A stretch of DNA of 64,000 nt, from positions 322,432 through 386,431 of the forward strand of contig DLIG01000021.1 in NCBI GenBank assembly GCA_002483605.1, written 5' to 3'. Positions 1-8,261 of the stretch are shown here, one piece after another (position 1 is the stretch's first letter; the number at the start of each line of letters is the position of its first letter). The stretch is from Sulfurovum sp. UBA7648. Lineage in GTDB: Bacteria > Campylobacterota > Campylobacteria > Campylobacterales > Sulfurovaceae. Made by a program: the position numbers and the translations under genes. Under the pieces are notes generated by a model that saw only the letters and a program-made list of their open reading frames with translations, made no database searches and was not told the origin of the DNA.

Positions 1-143
1 CGCTTGTTTTTTATTGCTACGGCGAGTCGTGTGCAAATTCATATGAAGCTGCTTTGGCAGTAAGAAAACTTGGATACAAAAATATCTATTGGCTTATAAA
101 CGGATTTTCAGAATGGAAAGAAAAAGGATACCCGCTAGAGTAA
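1..143 (+). CDS. Rhodanese-like domain protein, C-terminal fragment (5' end outside window)
   Basis: The frame starting at nt 3 reads LVFYCYGESCANSYEAALAVRKLGYKNIYWLINGFSEWKEKGYPLE and stops at TAA 141-143. The active-site-loop Cys context and the GF..W...G.P tail are typical of rhodanese domains. Confidence 0.6.
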   Translation, partial: LVFYCYGESCANSYEAALAVRKLGYKNIYWLINGFSEWKEKGYPLE

Positions 144-162
144 CCTTGCTATAAAAGTACCG

Positions 163-1050
163 CTATGAAATAAACAAAATCAGTTTATACAATAACGGTA
201 TCGTTATAAGAGATACTACTATACCGTATCCTACCAGAGCAGCGCTCAGCCTCGGGGCAAAACCTGCATGGATAGCTAGGGCTCCTGCGGTGATCATAGG
301 AGGCATAGAGGCTTCGAGCAGTGTCACGGTTGCTGTCATATTGTGTATATCCAAAACTGTAAATGCCCCGATAGCTATCAGCGGTATCAGCACCAATTTC
401 AACAAAAGTGCTTTGGTAAAAATGGCTTTATCATCACCTAGCCTAAGCTGCATAGAAAAACCTACACTGATCAAGGCAAGCGGCACCAAAGTGTGCGAGA
501 GCAGTTCTATGTATGGCATGGTAATTTGCGGCATAGAGCCTGCAATGGAAGCAAATACCAGGGCTATAAACGGCGGGAAAAAGAGTATTTTTTTTGCAAT
601 TACGGAGATATTGATCTTTTCTCCGCTGAAATATCCGACTATAAATGCTCCATAGGTCGAGAGCATTAAAAAGCTGCCTAATTGGTCATAAACGATCGCG
701 TATTGTATCGCTTCTTTACCGATGACGGCTTCTAGCATAGGAAAGCCGAAAAATGACGTATTTCCAAGAGGAATGAGCAATAAAAGAGCAGCAAGCATAT
801 TGCGCGGCTGATGCCTAAAAAACAAAAAAACCAATAATACTGACAATGCCAAAACGGACCACGGTGTGACAACTGCTATCCATAATGAGTTGTTAAATTC
901 AATATTTGGAACTTGCAAAAGAATAGTAGCGGGAAATGAAATATATATGACAAACAGATTGAGGCTTTTGCCAAAATCTTCGGGAAATTTGGCAAACCTA
1001 AGGGAATATCCAATGATAAGTAAAATTAGAATAAATAATATCTGCACCAT
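163..1050 (-). CDS. AEC (auxin efflux carrier) family transporter
   Basis: 295-aa polytopic membrane protein. The N-terminus (MVQILFILILLIIGYSLRF..FP) and overall length resemble AEC/malonate-type permeases. Confidence 0.65.
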   Translation of the reverse strand: MVQILFILILLIIGYSLRFAKFPEDFGKSLNLFVIYISFPATILLQVPNIEFNNSLWIAVVTPWSVLALSVLLVFLFFRHQPRNMLAALLLLIPLGNTSFFGFPMLEAVIGKEAIQYAIVYDQLGSFLMLSTYGAFIVGYFSGEKINISVIAKKILFFPPFIALVFASIAGSMPQITMPYIELLSHTLVPLALISVGFSMQLRLGDDKAIFTKALLLKLVLIPLIAIGAFTVLDIHNMTATVTLLEASMPPMITAGALAIHAGFAPRLSAALVGYGIVVSLITIPLLYKLILFIS

Positions 1051-1051
1051 G

Positions 1052-2779
1052 TTAACTCGAAAAACCGCTCCCTGAAAAATTATCTTTTGCTATGATTATA
1101 GACTTTTGTTTCTCTTTTTTAGCCATATCTTTTTCTACAAATATAGGCTTTCTGGTTTTTGGATCAAGCCCTGTATAATACATTACAGCTGAATAAGTAC
1201 CAGGTGTGGGGGTGAATACTTGGGCTTGTTCGGGGTTGATGCGAAGCTCTTTGGTGGTAAAGTTTTTTAAGCTTTGCATATCTCGTTCACTGCATCCAGG
1301 GTGTGCTGCGATGAGATAATATGTGAGAAACTGTTTTTTGTCTTGTTTTTTATTGATATCGTCAAACATCTTTTTAAATTCGATAAGGCTTTGTTTGCCT
1401 GGTTTGCCCATGAGTCTAAGCACATTATCTTCGGTATGTTCCGGGGCTATTTTCATTTGTCCTGATATATGATGGGCTAGAAGCTCTCGCAGATAAGTCT
1501 GTCCATGTGCTTTATCCTTGGCTATGATATCGTATCTGATACCTGATGCTACGAAAGTTTTTTTGATACCCTTTATTTTTCTGACACTTCTCATAAGAGA
1601 TATGAGCCTGGCATGATTTGGTTTCATTGCTTTGCAAAGCCTTTTATGATCAACACATCTTTGGTGTTCGCAAGTACCGTGTTTTAGTTTTTTATCACAC
1701 TCATATCCGTACATATTTGCACTTGCTCCTCCAAGATCGGAAATGATGCCTTTGAAATCTTTATCTTGTGTAAAACTTGTTGCCTCGGCGATGATCGAAG
1801 CTTCGCTTCTTGTACGTATAGTGCGTCCTTGATGTACTCCTATGGCACAAAAGTTGCATTCACCCCAGCATCCGTGATGAGTAGTGATGGAATAACTTAT
1901 AGTTTCCATGCATTTTACCTTGCCGTTTTGGGCATAGTATGGGTGAAGTTTTCTAGTATATGGCAGAGCCGATACGGCGTCCATTTCCGATTCTTTTAAA
2001 TATCTGCATGGAGGATTTTGGATGAGGTATCTAGAGCCTACTCTTTGGCAAAGTCCTTTTGCGCTCAGAGGATCATTGTTGTTGTAAAACAGATCAAAGA
2101 GATCTATATATCTCTCTTTTTTTTCTAAACATTCTTCATGTGAGGGCAAAGAGATATATTCTTGCTTTTGGGTATCTGATATATAGCATATACCGCGAAT
2201 ATCTTTAGTATCATGGCCATTTTGCAAAGCAGCAGCCAATTCTTTGATAGCTTCTTCGCCCATGCCGTAAATGAGATAATCGGCTTTGGAGTCAAAAAGG
2301 ACAGGTTTGCGCAGATTGTTGCTCCAATAGTCATAATGCGTAACACGCCTCAGGCTAGCTTCAATGCCGCCAAGAACTATCGGAACTGTATTTTTGAAAT
2401 ATTGTCTTATGAGATTTGTGTAGACTAGCACAGCTCTATCGGGACGGCGGTTGTTGATCCCGCCGGGGGTATAATCATCGATATTACGAAATTTTTTAGT
2501 TGCAGTATAATTGGCTACCATAGAGTCCACGCTGCCGCCGCTTACTCCCCAAAAGAGTTTAGGTTCGCCGAGTCTCTTGATATCAATATCACTTTTTGTA
2601 TCCGGTTGGGCAATGATACCCACCTTAAATCCTAGAGATTCAAGTATCCGTCCAACGACGGCTACCCCGATATATGGGGAGTCTATATAGGTATCACCGC
2701 TAATTAATATGACATCGCATTGATCCCATCCCAACGTTCTCATCTCTTGAGGTGTAGTGGGTAAGAACTTGGTATGCAT
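1052..2779 (-). CDS. ygiQ: YgiQ family radical SAM protein
   Basis: 575 aa. The N-terminus FLPTTPQEMRTLGWDQCDVILISGDTYIDSPYIGVAVVGRILE..GIIAQPD is characteristic of YgiQ. It also has the Cys cluster CWGECNFCAI. Confidence 0.88.
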   Translation of the reverse strand: MHTKFLPTTPQEMRTLGWDQCDVILISGDTYIDSPYIGVAVVGRILESLGFKVGIIAQPDTKSDIDIKRLGEPKLFWGVSGGSVDSMVANYTATKKFRNIDDYTPGGINNRRPDRAVLVYTNLIRQYFKNTVPIVLGGIEASLRRVTHYDYWSNNLRKPVLFDSKADYLIYGMGEEAIKELAAALQNGHDTKDIRGICYISDTQKQEYISLPSHEECLEKKERYIDLFDLFYNNNDPLSAKGLCQRVGSRYLIQNPPCRYLKESEMDAVSALPYTRKLHPYYAQNGKVKCMETISYSITTHHGCWGECNFCAIGVHQGRTIRTRSEASIIAEATSFTQDKDFKGIISDLGGASANMYGYECDKKLKHGTCEHQRCVDHKRLCKAMKPNHARLISLMRSVRKIKGIKKTFVASGIRYDIIAKDKAHGQTYLRELLAHHISGQMKIAPEHTEDNVLRLMGKPGKQSLIEFKKMFDDINKKQDKKQFLTYYLIAAHPGCSERDMQSLKNFTTKELRINPEQAQVFTPTPGTYSAVMYYTGLDPKTRKPIFVEKDMAKKEKQKSIIIAKDNFSGSGFSS

Positions 2780-2790
2780 CGCAGTCTATA

Positions 2791-4308
2791 TTATAGTGAA
2801 TAATCTTTTCTAGGCGGTTTTCCGCCGCTTTTATTTGGCTTGGATGAAGATCTTTGGTTGCGATCATTTCTAGGCCTGTCATCTCTTCTTCGCTCACCGC
2901 CTCTATCATCTCTTGATCTGTTAAATGACGGTTTGCCTCTGCCGTGTCTGTTTCTTCTGTTTCTGTCATCATTCCTAGCCATTGCTTTTTGAAGAAGTCT
3001 CTCTACGTCCTCAGCTTTGAATCCGATCTTTTCTTTGCCTTTGATCTCTTGTTTTTCAAGCATCATAGAAGCAAGCATATGAGCGATCGCTACGATATCT
3101 ATCTCGTGTTGAAGAGTTTTAACGATCTCGATAGCATGTTCACTGATCTGGGTTGCAGAAATTTGAGCTATCAGTTCGTCTTGTTTGCTGGATTGTACTT
3201 CACTTCTGCTTGGTATTGATTGTGTTACCATTTTTGTACCTACATCTTTTTCGATGCGTTTTATGGTACGAAGTTCATTCGGGCTTACAAGCGTGATAGC
3301 TTCACCGCTTTTACCGCCGCGTCCTGTTCTGCCGATTCTATGTACATAGCTCTCGCTGTCAAACGGCATATGGTAGTTAAATACATGGCTTACGTCATTT
3401 ACGTCAAGTCCACGCGCTGCAACGTCAGTGGCTACAAATATATCTACCGTGCCGCTTTTAAAACCCCTGATGGCAACTTCTCTTTGTCTTTGCTCCATAT
3501 CGCCATGAAGGACGCTTACTTTGAAGCCTTGTGATGTTAGATGGCTTGCAAGGCGGTCAACCTCTTTTTTCATACGGCAAAATATGATACATTTAGTAGG
3601 GTTTTTATAATCTATCAAACGCACCAACGCATCATCTCTTTCGTGCTCTTCTACCACATAGTAATGTTGGGTTATCAAGGTATTTGTGCTTTCGCTTTTT
3701 GTGATAGCAACTGTTTTAGGATCTTTTAGGATCTTTTCAGCAAGTTTGCGGATTTGTGGAGGCATAGTAGCCGAGAACATCAGGGTTTGTCTATCTTCGC
3801 TTTGGATAAGTTCAAAAATAGCAGTTATTTCGTCCAAAAAGCCCATGTCTAGCATCTCATCTGCTTCGTCAAGGACTACAAATTTTGGAGCCAGTTTGAT
3901 CCTGCCGCCTTGTAGCAAATCTTGCAAACGGCCTGGAGTAGCTACAACTACGCTGGCTTGTTTTATACGTTCTATTTGTTTGTCATATGATGTACCACCA
4001 TATACGGTAGCTGTTTTAAGGCCTGAATTTTTACCGAAACGATAGATCTCGTCGCTTACTTGCATAGCAAGCTCACGGGTAGGGACGATGATAAGACCTT
4101 CTACTGAGCCATCACCGTTCATCATATTTAGCATCGGCAAACCAAATGCTGCAGTTTTGCCTGTACCTGTTTGAGCTTGGGCTATGATATCATGTCCTGC
4201 AAGTATCAAAGGAATAGCTTCTTTTTGTACCGGGCTTGGCTCAGTAAAACCGGCTTCGTCTATGGCTTGTTGGATAGGTTGTTTTAGATTAAAATCTTTA
4301 AATGTCAT
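2791..4308 (-). CDS. DEAD-box ATP-dependent RNA helicase with an Arg/Asp/Asn-rich basic C-terminal tail
   Basis: Q motif (GFTEPSPVQ), AQTGTGKT (I), VLDEADEML (II), SAT (III) and HRIGRTGRGG (VI) are all present. The C-terminal tail is low-complexity (RNDDRNRRNRHGRG...). Confidence 0.93.
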   Translation of the reverse strand: MTFKDFNLKQPIQQAIDEAGFTEPSPVQKEAIPLILAGHDIIAQAQTGTGKTAAFGLPMLNMMNGDGSVEGLIIVPTRELAMQVSDEIYRFGKNSGLKTATVYGGTSYDKQIERIKQASVVVATPGRLQDLLQGGRIKLAPKFVVLDEADEMLDMGFLDEITAIFELIQSEDRQTLMFSATMPPQIRKLAEKILKDPKTVAITKSESTNTLITQHYYVVEEHERDDALVRLIDYKNPTKCIIFCRMKKEVDRLASHLTSQGFKVSVLHGDMEQRQREVAIRGFKSGTVDIFVATDVAARGLDVNDVSHVFNYHMPFDSESYVHRIGRTGRGGKSGEAITLVSPNELRTIKRIEKDVGTKMVTQSIPSRSEVQSSKQDELIAQISATQISEHAIEIVKTLQHEIDIVAIAHMLASMMLEKQEIKGKEKIGFKAEDVERLLQKAMARNDDRNRRNRHGRGKPSFNRSRDDRGGERRRDDRPRNDRNQRSSSKPNKSGGKPPRKDYSL

Positions 4309-4679
4309 TTTGTTCTTTCTGTTTTTATTTTCTATAAATATCTAGTTTTGTCATCTGAATTAGCTTTTGTTATTGTTTAAGCTCGATTGTTATTGAATTT
4401 TGATCCAAAATCTCTTTTAGATCCCTAACTAATTCAGTCTGAAAGTATTAACGCAAACCAAATCTATTGTAGAATCTATATTTAATCAGATGAATTGATT
4501 AAATTTTGTAGAAGTATCACTATTATAGCATAATTTGCTGAATATTAGGAATGTGTCGTTTGTAATGGTAAATCATTTTTTATTTAAATCAAAATAATTT
4601 TTATTTTTTATTTTATTACCTATTTATAGTTTTTAAGATAAAATTTATGACCTTAATATAATAATGGGACATTTGGTTT

Positions 4680-6221
4680 ATGGCAAAAGAAAAAAAAGTG
4701 GAAGAATTGCTAGAAGTTGCTCTATGGAAAGCGGCCGATAAGTTAAGAAAAAATATAGATGCGGCAGAGTATAAACATGTCGTACTCGGGCTTGTATTTC
4801 TCAAATACATCTCAGACAGCTTTGAAGAGGTTTACAATCAACTCTTGGAAGAAATTGATGATGGAGCAGATCCGGAAGATAAAGACGAATATAAAGCCCA
4901 AAACTGCTTTTTCGTGCCGCCAAATGCCAGATGGAATCACCTTCTATCAAATGCCAAACAGCCGCATATCGGCAAAATCGTCGATGAGGCGATGGATGAG
5001 ATCGAGAGAGAAAATCCGTCACTAAAAGGAGTTTTGCCAAAAGTCTATGCCAGAGATAATCTAGATAGCAAATCACTAGGTGAGCTTATCGATCTTATTG
5101 GCAATATCGCTCTTGGCGATGCAAAAGCCAGAAGTGCTGATGTGCTGGGTCATGTGTTTGAATACTTCCTGGGTGAATTTGCCCTAGCAGAAGGCAAGCA
5201 GGGTGGACAGTTCTATACTCCCAAAAGTGTTGTTGAACTTCTAGTAAGTATGCTAGCTCCGTATAACGGAAGGGTGTTTGATCCGTGCTGCGGAAGCGGC
5301 GGGATGTTCGTACAGAGTGAAAAGTTTGTATTGGAACATCAGGGTAAAATTAACGATATTTCCATCTACGGACAAGAATCAAACCAAACTACATGGCGGC
5401 TATGTAAAATGAACCTTGCCATCCGTGGGATAGATTCAAGTCAAGTCAAATGGAATAGTGAAGGTTCATTTCTAAACGACGCCCATAAAGACCTCAAAGC
5501 AGACCTTATCATCGCTAACCCGCCGTTCAATGTAAGCGACTGGAGCGGAGAGTTGCTCCGTAATGATGCCAGATGGAAATTTGGAGTGCCACCTGCGGGT
5601 AACGCCAACTATGCTTGGATACAACATTTCCTCTACCACCTGGCACCTACAGGGCGAGCCGGATTTGTCCTAGCCAAAGGAAGCCTTACTTCTAATACCA
5701 GCGGAGAAGGTGAGATCAGAAAAGCTCTCATCGAAGCCAATCTAGTAGACTGTATCGTCAACCTGCCGGCAAAACTATTTCTCAATACTCAGATCCCAGC
5801 AAGCCTATGGTTTATGAAGCGAGGCAGAACGACGCAAGATATCCTCTTCATAGATGCAAGAAATAAAGGGCATCTTATCAATCGCCGCACAAAAGTGCTA
5901 AGCCATGACGATATCGAAGAGATATCACAAACTTATCATAACTGGAAAACTTTTTCTCGTCATTCCGGACTTGATCCGGAATCCACTTATCAAGACATTA
6001 AAGGCTTTTGCAAGTCGGCATCGTTGGATGAAGTGAGAGCACTCGGTTATGTACTCACCCCTGGAAGATATGTAGGGCTCGAAGAGAGCGAAGATGAGTT
6101 TGATTTTAACGAACGGTTCACATCGCTTCAAAAAGAGCTGCGAGAGCAGATGAGGGAAGAGTCAGCCTTAAATGAACGGATTATCACAAATCTAGCCAAA
6201 ATCAAGGTAGGCGATGAGTAG
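4680..6221 (+). CDS. hsdM: Type I restriction-modification system, DNA methyltransferase subunit M
   Basis: HsdM N-terminal signature LWKAADKLRKNIDAAEYKHVVLGLVFLKYISD, AdoMet motif FDPCCGSGGM and catalytic NPPFN. Confidence 0.95.
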   Translation: MAKEKKVEELLEVALWKAADKLRKNIDAAEYKHVVLGLVFLKYISDSFEEVYNQLLEEIDDGADPEDKDEYKAQNCFFVPPNARWNHLLSNAKQPHIGKIVDEAMDEIERENPSLKGVLPKVYARDNLDSKSLGELIDLIGNIALGDAKARSADVLGHVFEYFLGEFALAEGKQGGQFYTPKSVVELLVSMLAPYNGRVFDPCCGSGGMFVQSEKFVLEHQGKINDISIYGQESNQTTWRLCKMNLAIRGIDSSQVKWNSEGSFLNDAHKDLKADLIIANPPFNVSDWSGELLRNDARWKFGVPPAGNANYAWIQHFLYHLAPTGRAGFVLAKGSLTSNTSGEGEIRKALIEANLVDCIVNLPAKLFLNTQIPASLWFMKRGRTTQDILFIDARNKGHLINRRTKVLSHDDIEEISQTYHNWKTFSRHSGLDPESTYQDIKGFCKSASLDEVRALGYVLTPGRYVGLEESEDEFDFNERFTSLQKELREQMREESALNERIITNLAKIKVGDE

Positions 6222-7356
6222 TTGGAAAGAGTGTAAGTTGGGGGATATTATTTCTTCAAACAATAAAAGTATTGATAAAAACTATGAATTTGAAAATATA
6301 CAATATTTAGATACTGGCTCAATTACAAATAATAAAATAGATGGTTTTCAAGAGTTTAAAATTAGTGAGGCACCAAGTCGAGCAAAAAGACTTGTTAAAC
6401 ATCAAGATATAGTTTACTCTACTGTTAGACCCATTCAAAGGCATTTTGGTTTTATTGAAAATCCAATGGAGAATTTAGTAGTCTCAACCGGTTTTTCAGT
6501 AATTGAAACAAAACAAAAATTAGCTTATCCTAAATTTATATATTATTTTTTATTGTCAAATGAAACGGTAGAGATTTTAGATGTAATTGCCGAAGCTTCA
6601 ACATCTGCTTATCCATCTTTAAAGCCATCTGATATTGAAAATCTTGATATTTCCCTTCCACCCCTTGAAGAACAAAAAGCAATAGCAGAGGTGTTGAGTA
6701 GCCTTGATGATAAGATAGACCTTCTCCACCACCAAAACCATACCCTAGAAGAACTTGCTCAGACGCTTTTTAGGCAGTGGTTTGTTGAAGAAGCAAAAGA
6801 GGAGTGGGAGGACGGAACATTTGGCGAAGTGATTGAAATTTTTGATAATAAGAGAATTCCACTTTCAAAAATGGAACGAGACAAAATGAAAGAAGGGAAA
6901 CTTTATCCATATTATGGGGCTGCACAAATTATGGATTATATTAATGATTTTATCTTTGACGGTGAATATATCTTAATGGGCGAAGATGGCACAGTAAGGA
7001 CTGAAGAAGGTTATCCTATTTTACAATACACAACTGGTAAATTTTGGGTAAATAATCATACTCATGTTTTATTAGCAAAAGAGCCTTACAGTAACTTTTT
7101 TATCTGGAATTATTTGGCAAAGAAAAATATCGATGAGATAGTAACTGGAGCAGTACAGCCAAAAATAAATCAAGGCAATCTGAAATCACTTGATTTTCCT
7201 AAATATCCTTTAGATTTAATTGAAGCTTTTAATGAACAATCACAAGCTTTTTTTGAAAAAATAAACCAAAATAAAAAACAAATCCAAATCCTTGAAAACT
7301 TGCGAGATACGCTTTTGCCAAAGCTTTTGAGTGGGGAAGCTAGGGTGAAAAAATGA
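6214..7356 (+). CDS. hsdS: Type I R-M specificity subunit S (two target recognition domains)
   Basis: 380 aa. It has a central conserved helix (LPPLEEQKAIAEVLSSLDDKIDLLHHQNHTLEELAQTLFRQWF) and a C-terminal conserved helix (ENLRDTLLPKLLSGE). Its start overlaps the hsdM stop by 8 nt. Confidence 0.9.
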   Translation: MSSWKECKLGDIISSNNKSIDKNYEFENIQYLDTGSITNNKIDGFQEFKISEAPSRAKRLVKHQDIVYSTVRPIQRHFGFIENPMENLVVSTGFSVIETKQKLAYPKFIYYFLLSNETVEILDVIAEASTSAYPSLKPSDIENLDISLPPLEEQKAIAEVLSSLDDKIDLLHHQNHTLEELAQTLFRQWFVEEAKEEWEDGTFGEVIEIFDNKRIPLSKMERDKMKEGKLYPYYGAAQIMDYINDFIFDGEYILMGEDGTVRTEEGYPILQYTTGKFWVNNHTHVLLAKEPYSNFFIWNYLAKKNIDEIVTGAVQPKINQGNLKSLDFPKYPLDLIEAFNEQSQAFFEKINQNKKQIQILENLRDTLLPKLLSGEARVKK

Positions 7357-8261
7357 ATTTAAGTATTCAAGATTTTGATTTTCTAGACGCTTTCAGTAAT
7401 TTGGGTAGTTTTACAATAGATCAGTATGGAAAAAATAAACTTGACTTATTTGTTTTAAATATTAATGCAAATGAATTTAATCTAAAAAGATTAGAAGAGT
7501 TATTAATTGATCCAATGATTGATTATTCGCTTTCAAGGAGTGTAAAAGAAGAGTATAAAAGTAGACCTGCAACTCTTACAAAAAAAGCAAAAGAAAAGTT
7601 TATTGATTATGTAAACAATAAAGGGGAATTAGGGGAATTATTGCTTTATTGTTTTTTGGAGACACATCTTAAAGCTCCAAAAATATTGTCAAAACTAGAA
7701 TTAAAAACATCAACAGGTCTTAATGTAAATGGTGCAGATGGAGTACATTTTTTAAAACTTGAAAATGGAAACTATCAGTTAATTTTTGGTGAATCAAAAA
7801 CAATTGTTGGTTTAACTGATGCCCTGACTGATGCTTTTAAATCAATAGATGAATTCAAAAGAGAAGTGAACTCTAAAGGAAATAAAAAAAGTGGCTTACC
7901 CTATGAAAAAAGTCTTATAAGTGACCATCTTAGTAAAGAGACTTTTACACAAGAGGAAAAAGATTTTATTTCAAAAATTGTTTATCCAAAAAAAGAAAAT
8001 GATTTTGAAGTTGATGATGCTTTTGGTATTTTCATAGGTTACGAAATTGCAATAGATGAAGAGGATAAAAAACTACCAAACGAAGATTTTAGAAAAAAAA
8101 TTCAAGAACAAATAAAAAAAGAAGTAGAAAGTAAATTTTCTCATATTACTAAGAAAATCAATGAGTTTAAGTTATATGGACACAGCTTTTATTTATACAT
8201 ATTACCATTAACTGAATTGGATAAGAACAGAGAAGCGATTATGCAGGGACTTCAATCATGA
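7353..8261 (+). CDS. hamA: DUF1837/HamA-like PD-(D/E)xK nuclease (putative Hachiman effector)
   Basis: 302 aa. Contains GELGELLLY, then GADGVHF (D129) and LIFGESKT (E147, K149), giving a D..ExK core. ATGA overlaps link it to the hsdS stop and the hamB start. This is family recognition by eye with no HMM run. Confidence 0.7.
   Translation: MNLSIQDFDFLDAFSNLGSFTIDQYGKNKLDLFVLNINANEFNLKRLEELLIDPMIDYSLSRSVKEEYKSRPATLTKKAKEKFIDYVNNKGELGELLLYCFLETHLKAPKILSKLELKTSTGLNVNGADGVHFLKLENGNYQLIFGESKTIVGLTDALTDAFKSIDEFKREVNSKGNKKSGLPYEKSLISDHLSKETFTQEEKDFISKIVYPKKENDFEVDDAFGIFIGYEIAIDEEDKKLPNEDFRKKIQEQIKKEVESKFSHITKKINEFKLYGHSFYLYILPLTELDKNREAIMQGLQS

Noticed and set aside
2700-2972. 90-aa minus-strand ORF spanning the ygiQ start and the DEAD-box helicase C-terminus
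   Set aside because: It overlaps two well-supported genes in alternative frames, and its acidic low-complexity translation mirrors the helicase's Arg-rich tail codons.
4309-4679. Short inverted repeats (TCATCTGAATT / AATCAGATGA) and possible island att site in the 371-bp AT-rich intergenic region
   Set aside because: The repeats are only 8-10 nt in very AT-rich DNA. No matching partner of convincing length exists at the right island edge (16258-16468), so this is consistent with chance.
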